44,364 nucleotides of DNA from Intrasporangiaceae bacterium (GCA_012518475.1 JAAYSB010000006.1:1-44364); one strand, 5' to 3'; positions 27,609 through 37,095 are shown, counted from the stretch's first letter. Numbers and translations: made by a program. Notes: generated by a model not told the origin, from the sequence alone.

Positions 27609-29090
27609 ATGGCGCGGCCCATCGCACCCGAAGACCTCACGTGGCTGCTCATGGATCGACCGAACAACCTCATGCACGTCCACGGCTTCATGGGCTTCGA
27701 CGTGCTCCCGGACCTCGAGGCGTACACGAATGTCGTCATGGAGCGCATGGTGCGCAAGTTCCGGCGGCTGTCCCAGGTGCCGGTGCAGATCGACGGGGAC
27801 TGGTACTGGGAGGACGACGTCGACTTCTCCATCGACAATCACGTGCGCACCGTCGTCCTCGACGACGCCGACGACGAGACATTCCGGAGGTATGTGTCGG
27901 GCCAGTTCTCCCAGCCGTTCGACCGGACCCGCCCGCTGTGGGAGTTCCAGCTCATCACAGCACCCGGGACCGAAGGCGGATATGGCTTCGGACGCTTCCA
28001 CCACGGTCTCGCCGACGGCATCCGCCTCGTCCAGATGATCATCAGCCTCTGTGACCCGGCCGAGGGGGCGGTTCCCAACAAGGTCGGCCGCAACCGCGAC
28101 CGACAGCACCAGCACCTTCTCGAGCAGGCACTGCACTTCGCGGAGACCTCGGTGACCGACACGATCGATTTCGCCGGCCGCGCCGGCCGCGCCCTGGCCA
28201 GGGCTGGGCGCAGCGCCGTGACGACGACCAACCCCCTCGGCCTCGCCCATCACATCGGCGAGGCGCTCGAGCTGGTGCGTCACCCGGTCAAGCTCATCGA
28301 CGCCGTGACCGGCCTGGCCTCGTTCGACAACGAGGTGACGAATACCTGGCGCGAACTGGCCCGCATGCTCATCTCCGACGGCCACGAGGCCGGCGCCTGG
28401 GCCGGGAGCGCCGGCGTCGACAAGTCCGTCGCCTGGCTGGAGTCCTTCCCGCTCAAGGACCTGCGCAAGGCGAGCAAGGCATACCGGTGCACCCTCAACG
28501 ACATCCTCCTTGCTGCGGTGTCCCTCGCGCTGACCGACTACCTCGCCGAGCGTGGGGTGACGGACGTCGAGACCCTGTCCTGGATGATGCCGGTCTCCCT
28601 TCAGCCGGTCGACGAGCGCCTGCCCTCCAAGCTCGGCAACAAGTTCGTCGTTGTCATGCTCCCGATGCCCCTCGGCATCCGTGATCCCGAGCGCCTCATC
28701 CGCCGGGTCCACGAGGCCTCGACGAGGCTGAAGCACTCCGCCGAGCCCCTCGTCGCCTTCGGCTTCCAGCGCATCATCGCCGAGGCGCCGACAGGGGTCG
28801 CACGAGCCCTCACCAGCTTCTTCGCCGACAAGACGATCGGCCAGCTGACCAACGTTCCTGGACCGCGCATCGCCCTCAACCTCGCCGGAGTCCCCGTCCG
28901 CTCGATCCTTGGCTGGGTGCCGACGTCCGGCGACCAGCCGCTCGGCATCTGCCTGTTCAGCTACAACGACTCCCTCACTGTCGGCGTCGCCTCCGACGCG
29001 CGCATGATCCCTGACCCCGAGCACCTCGCCGCTCTCATCCAGACCCATCTCGAGGCGCTCTCCTCCACCACGAAGGCATCCCATGGCTGA
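27609..29090 (+). CDS. Wax ester synthase / diacylglycerol acyltransferase (WS/DGAT)
   Basis: Catalytic HHGLADG (HHxxxDG), DRTRPLWE, TLNDILL, LGNKF, TNVPGP, FSYND; AAGGAG RBS. Confidence 0.93.
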   Translation: MARPIAPEDLTWLLMDRPNNLMHVHGFMGFDVLPDLEAYTNVVMERMVRKFRRLSQVPVQIDGDWYWEDDVDFSIDNHVRTVVLDDADDETFRRYVSGQFSQPFDRTRPLWEFQLITAPGTEGGYGFGRFHHGLADGIRLVQMIISLCDPAEGAVPNKVGRNRDRQHQHLLEQALHFAETSVTDTIDFAGRAGRALARAGRSAVTTTNPLGLAHHIGEALELVRHPVKLIDAVTGLASFDNEVTNTWRELARMLISDGHEAGAWAGSAGVDKSVAWLESFPLKDLRKASKAYRCTLNDILLAAVSLALTDYLAERGVTDVETLSWMMPVSLQPVDERLPSKLGNKFVVVMLPMPLGIRDPERLIRRVHEASTRLKHSAEPLVAFGFQRIIAEAPTGVARALTSFFADKTIGQLTNVPGPRIALNLAGVPVRSILGWVPTSGDQPLGICLFSYNDSLTVGVASDARMIPDPEHLAALIQTHLEALSSTTKASHG

Positions 29091-31203
29091 CCGCAAGCCC
29101 AGCAGAACGAAGTCGACCCCCCGGGCCACCGATCCCAAGGTGGTCGTCAATGTCACCCTCCAGGGAGGGGAGTGGGACTACGACCTGTCGGCATCCCTCG
29201 CCGGCCACAACTTCCGGCTCATCCGGATCGGCACGAGTGGGGATGTCACGGCGGCCGAGGAGCATGTGTGGCGCTGGTCGCTGTCGGCCGACGCCATCGC
29301 TGTCAGCGGGGTGCGCGAGGCGCGTGCCGCCGGTCATTTCACCGGACAGATCGAGGACTTCCGCAAGGTGAAGGGGACGACGACGCGGGTGCCTGTCCGC
29401 GACGACTCGCTCCTTGCAGACGTGTTCCAGGAGTGGGCGATCCGCCGCGTCCAGACCGAGATGCCGGGCTACTTCACCAACGCCCGCGTCGTCATCGTCG
29501 GCAAGACGACCCGCGAGCGGACGGTCTCGGTACTGCGCGAGTTCACCGACAACATCGTCTTCGAGGTGCCGCGCGAGGACCTCGACCTTCCGGGAAGCTT
29601 CAAGACCAACCCCGTCACCGCGGCGGCCTCCGACATCACCGAGACCGCCTGGCGCTGGACGCCCGGCTTCCTCAAGCACGCCGTCTCCGCCCCGGCCGGC
29701 TGGGTGACCGACAAGATCGCCCACCACGCCGCCGAGAACGCCGACGTGATCATCGGCTCGTTCTCCGAGCTGATGCGCTTCGGGCTGCCCGAGCTCAAGG
29801 GCAAGGCGGTCATCACGAGCGCGGTCTCCGAGGAGCGGCTCGAGACCCTCGCCGAGCTCGGCGCGGACCTGGTCGTCGACGTCACCCCCCAGCCGTTCGA
29901 CTTCATCGTCGTGCCCGCCCTGTTCGAGGCGATGGTGGCCGCGACCCTACCGAAGGGGAGCGAGCTCACGACCGACGCGCTGGCCCAGTTCATTCAGGAC
30001 GCCGAGCTCGAGCCGCGGCTGCTGTGGCCCAACGGGCCGCGCCGCAAGAGTCGCTTCTCCTTCGTCATCCACCCGCTCTCGACCGAGTACTTCAAGAACG
30101 TCGAGCCCCTCGGCAAGGTCATGAGCATCCCGGGCATGGGCCAGGTCGTCGAGAAGGCCGTGGCGTACGTGCCGCCCTTCGTCTACAGCCACGTCACCGG
30201 CATCGTCTCCGCCACCGGCGATGAGGCGGAGGGCTGGCTCATCACCGTCGGCGGCACCCCCAAGGAGATGCTCGCCCACCCGCCCGAGTTCACCTACTCC
30301 CGCCTCCTCGAGGCCAGCGAGATCTCGCGTCGGCTCGGAGCCCAGATCATGGGTCTCGGCGCGTTCACCAAGGTCGTCGGAGACGCCGGTGTCACCGTTG
30401 CGAAGCAGGCCCGCCTGCCGGTGACGACCGGGAACTCCTACAGCGCCTCGGGAGCGCTCTGGGCCGGCCACGACGCCCTGCGCCGACTCGGGATCGTCGA
30501 GATGGGCGAGCAGGGAATGATGCACGGCAAGGCCATGGTCGTCGGGGCCTCCGGCGCCATCGGCTCGGCCTGCGCACGCCTGCTGGCCCTCGCCTGCGAC
30601 GAGCTCTGGCTCGTCTCGCCGGAGACGGCCAAGCTCCTCGCACTCAAGGAGCAGATCGAGTCGGAGAACCCGCGCGCCGAGATCTTCGTCGCGACCAGCC
30701 CGGCTGCCGCGCTGCCCGACATGGACATGATTGTCACGGCCACCTCCGCCGCCGGCCAGAAGGTCCTCGACATCGAGTCGGTCAAGCCCGGTTGCGTCAT
30801 CACCGACGTGGCCCGCCCCCTCGACCTGTCCGCCGAGGACGTCGCCAAGCGCCCGGACGTCCTCGTCATCGAGTCCGGTGAGGTGGAGCTGCCCGGGGAG
30901 CCGCGACTGCGCGACATCGGCCTGCCCGACGGCGTCGTGTATGCGTGCCTCGCCGAGACCATCGTCCTCGCCCTCGAGGGCCGCTACGAGAACTTCACCG
31001 TGGGCCGCAACATCGAGTGGGAGAAGGTCAAGGAGATCTACAAGCTCGGTCTCAAGCACGGCATGAAGCTCGCGACCATCTCGGGCGTCAACGGCCCGTA
31101 CACCGAGGACGACTTCGCCCGGGTTCGCGCGGCTGCGCTCGCCGCGCGGGAGTCCGCGGGCAGCGACACCGATTCACCCGCACACGAGGAGGAGATGGCA
31201 TGA
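29083..31203 (+). CDS. Two-domain dehydrogenase: N-terminal domain of unknown function fused to a C-terminal acyl-ACP/thioester reductase-like (AAR/COG5322-type) domain
   Basis: From ~30050: FSFVIHPL, GLGAFTKVVG, TTGNS, Rossmann VVGASGAIG, DVARP, YACLAET (Cys codon 30946-30948), collinear with cyanobacterial AAR motifs FGLIGH, LGGFTSI, TTGNT, VVGATGDIG, FACFAE (recalled). Start overlaps the WS/DGAT stop. Confidence 0.75.
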   Translation: MADRKPSRTKSTPRATDPKVVVNVTLQGGEWDYDLSASLAGHNFRLIRIGTSGDVTAAEEHVWRWSLSADAIAVSGVREARAAGHFTGQIEDFRKVKGTTTRVPVRDDSLLADVFQEWAIRRVQTEMPGYFTNARVVIVGKTTRERTVSVLREFTDNIVFEVPREDLDLPGSFKTNPVTAAASDITETAWRWTPGFLKHAVSAPAGWVTDKIAHHAAENADVIIGSFSELMRFGLPELKGKAVITSAVSEERLETLAELGADLVVDVTPQPFDFIVVPALFEAMVAATLPKGSELTTDALAQFIQDAELEPRLLWPNGPRRKSRFSFVIHPLSTEYFKNVEPLGKVMSIPGMGQVVEKAVAYVPPFVYSHVTGIVSATGDEAEGWLITVGGTPKEMLAHPPEFTYSRLLEASEISRRLGAQIMGLGAFTKVVGDAGVTVAKQARLPVTTGNSYSASGALWAGHDALRRLGIVEMGEQGMMHGKAMVVGASGAIGSACARLLALACDELWLVSPETAKLLALKEQIESENPRAEIFVATSPAAALPDMDMIVTATSAAGQKVLDIESVKPGCVITDVARPLDLSAEDVAKRPDVLVIESGEVELPGEPRLRDIGLPDGVVYACLAETIVLALEGRYENFTVGRNIEWEKVKEIYKLGLKHGMKLATISGVNGPYTEDDFARVRAAALAARESAGSDTDSPAHEEEMA

Positions 31204-32066
31204 AGTCCGTCCAGGGCAAGAAGGTCCTCATCACCGGTGGGGCGATGGGGCTGGGACGGCTCTTCGCCGAGCGAGCCATCGCCGAGCACGCCGACACGAT
31301 CGTCCTCTGGGACGTCAACGAGATGGCCCTCAACGAGACCCTCGGCGAGCTCGACGGCCAGGACACCGAGGTCGTCGGATACATCGTCGATCTCGCCTCC
31401 GCCGAGGAGATCAGTGCGACAGCGACCGAGGTCCTCGACGCGATCGGGACCATGGACATCGTCATCAACAACGCCGGCATCGTCCGGGGCAACACGTACT
31501 TCTGGGAGTCCGACCCCGTCCGGGACACCCAGGCGACGATCGAGGTCAACACCCTCGCGCCGATGTATGTCGCGCACGCGTTCCTGCCGAGCATGATCGC
31601 CTCCCCCGGACAGACCCGCCTCGTCAACCTCGCCTCGGCGGCCGGCTTCACCCCGAACCCGCGAATGGCCGCATACGCCTCGAGCAAGTGGGCTCTCGTC
31701 GGCTGGTCGGACTCGGTGCGCCTCGAGCTCAAGCAGGCCGGTCACGACCACGTCAGCGTGACGACGGTCTGTCCGTACTACATCCGCACCGGCATGTTCG
31801 ACGGCGTGAAGTCGGCGCCGCTGCTGCCGATTCTCGACCCGGCCGAGGTCGTCGACGAGGCGTGGAAGGGCATGCTCAGCGGCTCCCCGTTCGTCGTGCT
31901 TCCGAAGACGGTCATGCTCAGCGAGATGCTCAAGGGGGTCCTGCCCATCGGGATCCGAGACTTCATCGCCGACCACGTCATCGGGGTCTATCACACGATG
32001 GAGGACTTCACCGGCCGGGTGGAGCAGGCCCCCGACACGTCCGCAAAGGGTCGGGTCAAGCGCTAG
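31200..32066 (+). CDS. Short-chain dehydrogenase/reductase (retinol DH/17beta-HSD XI-like)
   Basis: LITGGAMGLG, NNAG, ASAAG, YASSK, CPYYIRTGMF; ATGA overlap with the upstream gene; GAGGAGG RBS. Confidence 0.92.
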   Translation: MKSVQGKKVLITGGAMGLGRLFAERAIAEHADTIVLWDVNEMALNETLGELDGQDTEVVGYIVDLASAEEISATATEVLDAIGTMDIVINNAGIVRGNTYFWESDPVRDTQATIEVNTLAPMYVAHAFLPSMIASPGQTRLVNLASAAGFTPNPRMAAYASSKWALVGWSDSVRLELKQAGHDHVSVTTVCPYYIRTGMFDGVKSAPLLPILDPAEVVDEAWKGMLSGSPFVVLPKTVMLSEMLKGVLPIGIRDFIADHVIGVYHTMEDFTGRVEQAPDTSAKGRVKR

Positions 32067-32098
32067 CGGTCGCGCAGGTTCGTGACCAGAATGGCTCT

Positions 32099-32572
32099 AT
32101 GACGCACCACTTTGCCGAGCATCTCGCCGGTGTGAGCAGCTTCCGGATGATGCCGACCTACGAGTTCGAGACCGGTGCCTCGAGGGCGGCCGTGAGCTGC
32201 CTCGGGGAGGGTCTGTCCCTCGCCTACACCTGGATCCACCCCGCGGACGGCGAGCAGCGCGGCGGACTGGTCATCAGCGCCTCGGACGAGGACGGCGTCG
32301 TCCACGCCGCCTGGCACGACTCGTGGCACCAGAAGTCCGGGCTCATGCAGCTGACCGGGCGACGGGAGGGTGACCGGATCGAGCTGTCCGGAACCTATGC
32401 GGAGGAGTGGGGTTGGACAATCACCGTCGTCCACCCCGAGACCGAGTCCCAGGCAGGCATGACGATGCGGATGTGCAATGTCATCCCGGAGTCCGCCCTG
32501 GCGATGGCGCCGGCCGACGGCCCCGCGGTACCGGCCGGACCGTACGAGGTCTCGCTCGCCGAGTGGCACTGA
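32099..32572 (+). CDS. Hypothetical protein (DUF1579-like beta-barrel?)
   Basis: GC3-biased ORF with YTW...AAWHDSWHQ...WGWTI pattern; CAGAAT-N6-ATG. Confidence 0.65.
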   Translation: MTHHFAEHLAGVSSFRMMPTYEFETGASRAAVSCLGEGLSLAYTWIHPADGEQRGGLVISASDEDGVVHAAWHDSWHQKSGLMQLTGRREGDRIELSGTYAEEWGWTITVVHPETESQAGMTMRMCNVIPESALAMAPADGPAVPAGPYEVSLAEWH

Positions 32573-32994
32573 CCACGCCGCCGCATCGCGCGAGCCCACT
32601 CCCCATCGGTGCGGTCTTCGTCGGCGGCATGGCGGGAACGGCACTACGCGCTCTGATCGACCGCGCGGCCCCCGCTGCGGCCGGTGAGTGGCCCTGGGCA
32701 ACGTTCGCCGTCAACATCACCGGGGCGTTCCTCCTCGGGATGCTCCTCGAGACCCTTGCCCGCCGCGAAGCACGCGACGGCTCCGGCGGCCCCGCCAGGC
32801 TCCTCCTCGGCACAGGTCTCCTCGGGGGCTATACGACGTACAGCACCTTCGCCGTCGAGATCCTGCACCTCGGCCTGCTCACTGCGCTGCTGTATGCGAC
32901 GCTCACCGTCGTCGGCGGCCTCGCCGCCGCGGGGCTCGGCTTCCGGATCGCCCGCGGCCGACCCTCGGAACCGGTCCCGGAGGCGGGTTCATGA
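32563..32994 (+). CDS. crcB: Fluoride channel Fluc/CrcB, subunit 1
   Basis: GGMAGTALR, PWATFAVNITGAFLLG, GLLGGYTTYSTF; start uncertain (GTG 32563). Confidence 0.88.
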   Translation: MALTTPPHRASPLPIGAVFVGGMAGTALRALIDRAAPAAAGEWPWATFAVNITGAFLLGMLLETLARREARDGSGGPARLLLGTGLLGGYTTYSTFAVEILHLGLLTALLYATLTVVGGLAAAGLGFRIARGRPSEPVPEAGS

Positions 32995-33365
32995 CGCTCC
33001 TTCTCATTGCTCTGGCCGGAGGGGTCGGGGCGGCAACGAGATTCGTCCTCGACGGCGTCATCAATGCCCGCTGGTCGGCCGGCGGGCTCAGGCCCGGGAT
33101 CGTCGTCATCAACGTCGTGGGGTCGTTCCTGCTCGGCCTCCTCGTCGGGCTCGCCGCACGTGGGTCGGGCCTGTCCACCGACACCGTGGCTGTGCTCGGT
33201 CTGGGGTTCTGTGGCGGCTTGACGACCTTCAGCACCGCGTCCCTGGAGCCGGTGCACCTGTGGGCGACCGGGGAGCGAGGTCCTGCCACCGCATACGTCC
33301 TTGTCACGCTCATCGGGTCGCTCCTGGCCGCCTGGCTCGGCCTCGCCCTCGCGGCGCTCGCCTGA
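32991..33365 (+). CDS. crcB: Fluoride channel Fluc/CrcB, subunit 2
   Basis: GGVGAATRF, INVVGSFLLG, GFCGGLTTFST; ATGA overlap with subunit 1. Confidence 0.9.
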   Translation: MTLLLIALAGGVGAATRFVLDGVINARWSAGGLRPGIVVINVVGSFLLGLLVGLAARGSGLSTDTVAVLGLGFCGGLTTFSTASLEPVHLWATGERGPATAYVLVTLIGSLLAAWLGLALAALA

Positions 33366-33394
33366 CCCGAGCGTCCGGCGAACCCGGAGGAAAC

Positions 33395-33411
33395 ACTCAG
33401 CGTCCACCCAG
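33395..33411 (+). promoter_or_regulatory. Candidate MprA-type response-regulator box
   Basis: ACTCAG-N5-ACCCAG direct repeat (11-bp period) upstream of an HtrA/PepD-like gene. Confidence 0.4.
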
Positions 33412-33465
33412 AATGCGGGCGGATGCTGGCTGGAGTCACCGAGACCGACGGGAAGGAGCCCTTCG

Positions 33466-34665
33466 ATGACAACGACCCTTCCAGTTCCTGAGCAGACCCA
33501 CCACGAGATGCCTCAGCCGACACCGGCTTCTGGGCCGCCGCCGGCCCCGACCCGGCCGTCCCGGGGCCGGCGCGCGGCAGAGCTCGGGGTCACCGCCCTG
33601 CTCGCGGCAGCCATCGCCAGCGGAACGACGCTCGCGGTCGATCGCACCCTCGCCGACGAGGGAGCCCCGGGCACCAGCCCGGGCCCGGTGGTCGAGGGCG
33701 CGAACGGAGCGACAACCGACTGGAGCGCTGTCGCTGCGTCGGTCTCGCCGAGCGTGGTCTCGATCGGGGTGTCGGGTCAGCGCGGTCAGGGGGAGGGCTC
33801 CGGGGTCGTGTGGGACGCCGAGGGGCACATCGTCACGAACGACCACGTCGTCTCCGGCTCCGGCGCCAGTGCAGAGGTCCAGGTGACGCTCGCGGACGGG
33901 CGGACCTACGACGCCATCGTGACCGGCACCGACCCGACGACGGACCTGGCGGTCGTGCGGCTCACGAGTCCGCCGACCACGCTGAGGCCGATCACACGAG
34001 GGGACTCCGAGACGCTCACCGTCGGGGATCCCGTCATGGCCATCGGCAACCCGCTGGGGCTCTCCGGCACGGTGACGACCGGCATCGTCAGCGCGCTCGA
34101 CCGTCCCGTTGCCGCCGGTCAGTCGCGGGCCCGTGAGGGGCTGGCCCAGGTGACCAACGCGATCCAGACCAGTGCCCCGATCAACCCCGGCAACAGCGGC
34201 GGCGCACTCGTCGACGCCGAGGGAGGTCTCGTCGGCATCAACTCCTCGATCGCCACGCTGGGCTCACCCGGGCCGTTCGCCTCGGGGCAGGCCGGCAACA
34301 TCGGCATCGGCTTCGCGATCCCGGTCGCGCAGGTCGAGGGCGTTGTCTCCCAGCTCATCGAGTCGGGTTCGGTTGAGCACGCCTATCTCGGGATCAGCAC
34401 GAGTGACACGAGTGTGCGGGACGGCACGTCGTCCGTCCCCGGCGCGCTCGTCGCGGAGACCGTGAGTGACGGCCCGGCAGCGACAGAGGGGCTTCGGTCC
34501 GGGGATGTCATCACCGCCATCGACGGTGCGCCGGTCACGAGCTCGCGCAGTCTCGTCGGGACGATCCGCGCCCGGGCCGTGGGCGAGCAGGTCGAGCTGA
34601 CCGTGAGCCGAGGCTCCGAGACCGTGTCCGTGCCGGTGACCCTCGCGGCGGCGCCCTCACGCTGA
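33466..34665 (+). CDS. htrA: HtrA/DegP-family (S1C) membrane-anchored serine protease with PDZ domain
   Basis: TM anchor, triad motifs TNDHV, TDLAV, INPGNSGG, C-terminal PDZ (GLRSGDVI); AAGGAG RBS. Confidence 0.92.
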   Translation: MTTTLPVPEQTHHEMPQPTPASGPPPAPTRPSRGRRAAELGVTALLAAAIASGTTLAVDRTLADEGAPGTSPGPVVEGANGATTDWSAVAASVSPSVVSIGVSGQRGQGEGSGVVWDAEGHIVTNDHVVSGSGASAEVQVTLADGRTYDAIVTGTDPTTDLAVVRLTSPPTTLRPITRGDSETLTVGDPVMAIGNPLGLSGTVTTGIVSALDRPVAAGQSRAREGLAQVTNAIQTSAPINPGNSGGALVDAEGGLVGINSSIATLGSPGPFASGQAGNIGIGFAIPVAQVEGVVSQLIESGSVEHAYLGISTSDTSVRDGTSSVPGALVAETVSDGPAATEGLRSGDVITAIDGAPVTSSRSLVGTIRARAVGEQVELTVSRGSETVSVPVTLAAAPSR

Positions 34666-34677
34666 CGGTGCACCGCG

Positions 34678-35715
34678 TCAGCGGAGCAGACCCGGATCGA
34701 TGACCCGGATGCCGGGCCTGCCGACGATGCCGGGCAGGCCCGGGAGGGCGTCGGCCGCCTCCTCCAGCGTGAGGTCCGGTCCGTTCGCGAGGAGCCGCTC
34801 GATTGCGACCCGTCCGGCCACGACGTCGTCGAGCAGGGCGGCGTAGTCGTGCGCCGGCATGCCGTGGGAGCCGAGGAGGTCGAGCTCCCAACCGATGACG
34901 CGGCCCATCGGCACCTCCGGGCTCTCGTTCCCGAGCAGCCCGACCTGCACCTGCCGGCCGCGACGTCGGAGCGCGAGGATCGAGTCGCGGCACGTCTGTG
35001 CGGACCCGAAGGCGTCCATCGACACGTGGGCACCGCCCTCGGTGACGTCGACGATGTCCGAGGCGTCGGTGAGCGTGACCTCAGCGCCGAGTGCCGCGGC
35101 GAGCTCGCGCGCCCGCTCGCTCGGATCCACGACGACGACCCTGGCTCCGCGCGAGACCGCAATCGCGACAGCGGACAGACCGACACCGCCGGCGCCGAAC
35201 ACCGCGACCCACTCGCCCGTCTCCACCTTCGCCCGGCCCACGATGCCTCGGTATGCGGTCGCCACCCGGCACCCCAGCCCCGCCGCCGCGCGGAAGGACA
35301 GATCGTCAGGGATCGCCACGAGATTCTCGGCCGCCGCGGCGACGGTGACGTACTCGGCGAAGGACCCGGGGAGGGAGAAGCCAGGCTGCTGCTGGGCGGG
35401 ACAGACCTGGCCGTCGCCCGCTGAGCAGACCTCGCAGGCTCCACAGGCATAGACGAACGGTGCGGTGACCCGTCGCCCGATCCACGCGGTGTCGACGCCG
35501 GAGCCGACCTCGACGACGGTGCCGGCGAACTCATGGCCGGGGATGTGCGGGAAGCGTCGGATGTCCGGGTCGTGACCCATCCAGCCGTGCCAGTCGCTGC
35601 GGCACAGGCCCGTGGCCGCGACCTGGACCACCGCTCCGGCCGGTGGTGCCGTGGGAGCAGGGACCTCGGTGAGAGTGACAGGTCCGCGCGGTCGGGAGTA
35701 GACGAGGGCGCGCAT
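34678..35715 (-). CDS. Zinc-dependent alcohol dehydrogenase
   Basis: GLCRSD, PGHEFAG, structural Zn CGACEVC...C, GAGGVG; leaderless TACGCT-N7-ATG. Confidence 0.93.
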   Translation of the reverse strand: MRALVYSRPRGPVTLTEVPAPTAPPAGAVVQVAATGLCRSDWHGWMGHDPDIRRFPHIPGHEFAGTVVEVGSGVDTAWIGRRVTAPFVYACGACEVCSAGDGQVCPAQQQPGFSLPGSFAEYVTVAAAAENLVAIPDDLSFRAAAGLGCRVATAYRGIVGRAKVETGEWVAVFGAGGVGLSAVAIAVSRGARVVVVDPSERARELAAALGAEVTLTDASDIVDVTEGGAHVSMDAFGSAQTCRDSILALRRRGRQVQVGLLGNESPEVPMGRVIGWELDLLGSHGMPAHDYAALLDDVVAGRVAIERLLANGPDLTLEEAADALPGLPGIVGRPGIRVIDPGLLR

Positions 35716-35737
35716 ACCCGTCAGCGTAGGGCGGCCA

Positions 35738-36649
35738 TCATCGCAGTCGTGCCTCGGCCTTCCTGCGGCTGCGGACAGCGGAGCTGACGGCGGCGCGGGC
35801 ATCCGCATCGGCAGCGCGGGCTGCCTCGGCCGCGCGCAGGGCCAGGTCGTAGCGGCGCCTCGCCTCGGCCAGCTCCTCCTCGGCGTCCTCGAGCGCGGCC
35901 CCGGTCGTCTCGACCTGCTCCCGGGCCCGGGCCTCTTCCTCCTCGGCCTCCCGGACTGCCTCGCGGGCGCGTTCCAGCCGGGCGGCTTCGGCCTTGGCCT
36001 CGCGGGTCGTGTCGTCGCTCTTCCTCCCCGTGCCGGACACCTCGCTCGGGTCGCTCGTAGCGGCCTGGCCACCTTCGCCGCCTCCGGACAGGGCTGTGAG
36101 CACGACACCGGAGCCGGTCACGGCGACGGCATCGCTGAGGTCGACCTCGCCGAACCCGCTGTAGGACAACGGCTTCGTGAGCAGCGCGCTGGCGACCGCG
36201 TCACTGGCGCCGGCATCGGCGAGGACCGCGATCGCGGTGGCCCGCACGGCCTCCTGTCCCGCCGCACCCAGACGCCGGCCCTCGGCAGCGACGGCGTCGA
36301 CCGCAGCGCCGACGAAGGCGGTGACTGCGGCGTCCCGCTCGGTGCGCATCTGCTGGAGCGAGTCGACATCGAGGGCCGCCTGCGCAGCCCGCATCCGGGC
36401 ACCGAGGCCGACAAGGTCCGCCGCGACCTCGGGACTGGACCGGACGGTCCGGTTGATGGCCCAGGCCGCGACATCCGGCTTGCGAAGGCGACCGATCTGC
36501 GCGGCAGCATCCTTGTCCCCGTTGGCCTTCGCCTCCGACGCGAGCTCCTTGCGCCGCGCGATGAACAGGTCGGGCGCGCAGTCATAGAGCTGACGCGCGG
36601 CGCTGACCACGACCGGCGCCGGTGCCGCCTCGAGGTCGGGACCGCTCAT
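35738..36649 (-). CDS. Conserved actinobacterial hypothetical protein with C-terminal coiled coil
   Basis: LY..APDLFIARRKELA...LRKPDVAAWAIN N-terminal domain, Ala/Glu/Arg-rich tail; leaderless TACAGT-N7-ATG. Confidence 0.78.
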   Translation of the reverse strand: MSGPDLEAAPAPVVVSAARQLYDCAPDLFIARRKELASEAKANGDKDAAAQIGRLRKPDVAAWAINRTVRSSPEVAADLVGLGARMRAAQAALDVDSLQQMRTERDAAVTAFVGAAVDAVAAEGRRLGAAGQEAVRATAIAVLADAGASDAVASALLTKPLSYSGFGEVDLSDAVAVTGSGVVLTALSGGGEGGQAATSDPSEVSGTGRKSDDTTREAKAEAARLERAREAVREAEEEEARAREQVETTGAALEDAEEELAEARRRYDLALRAAEAARAADADARAAVSSAVRSRRKAEARLR

Positions 36650-36756
36650 AGCGGTCACTGTAGGTCACCCACCTGCCACACGTTCGGGCGTCGGCTCCGG
36701 TGGACCCGCGAGGATGGCACCGTGCGCTCCTCGTCGACGGTGGAACACTGGGTCGC

Positions 36757-37095
36757 ATGACCGTCGCGAAGTCCGTCCTCCTGCTCTGCCTCGCCGGCCT
36801 CGCCGAGATCGGCGGGGCCTGGCTCGTCTGGCAGGGCGTCCGCGAGAACCGTGGGCTGGCCTGGATGGGCGCCGGCGTCATCGCACTCGGGCTCTACGGG
36901 TTCATCATCACCCTTCAGCCCGACGCGCACTTCGGCCGGATCCTCGCGGCCTACGGCGGGCTGTTCATCGCCGGGTCGCTCGCATGGGGGATGGTCATGG
37001 ACGGCTTCCGACCGGACCGGTTCGACGTCATCGGCGCGATCCTCTGCCTCGTCGGCGTCGCGGTCATCATGTATGCCCCACGGGTCGCACCATGA
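36757..37095 (+). CDS. ynfA: YnfA (UPF0060) small multidrug-resistance-like membrane protein
   Basis: [33 protein letters not shown]. Confidence 0.92.
   Translation: MTVAKSVLLLCLAGLAEIGGAWLVWQGVRENRGLAWMGAGVIALGLYGFIITLQPDAHFGRILAAYGGLFIAGSLAWGMVMDGFRPDRFDVIGAILCLVGVAVIMYAPRVAP

Noticed and set aside
27561-29156. 531-aa antisense ORF (and similar long overlapping ORFs at 18520, 24639, 26324, 29947)
   Set aside because: Stop-poor shadow frames expected in high-GC DNA; no recognisable motifs.
29083-31203. Alkane biosynthesis or shikimate/quinate dehydrogenase function
   Set aside because: No aldehyde-deformylating oxygenase is adjacent, AroE substrate motifs (SxSP, NVTxPxK) are absent, and the context is lipid acyl transfer.
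32067-32563. Fluoride riboswitch upstream of the crcB pair
   Set aside because: A GGCGATGG occurs near 32500 but inside a CDS and without the rest of the consensus.
32563-33365. Duplicated crcB as a novelty
   Set aside because: Paired Fluc genes forming heterodimers are well known in Actinobacteria and Firmicutes.
35738-36649. Transposase or mobile element
   Set aside because: No DDE/HUH/recombinase motifs, terminal repeats or target duplications.
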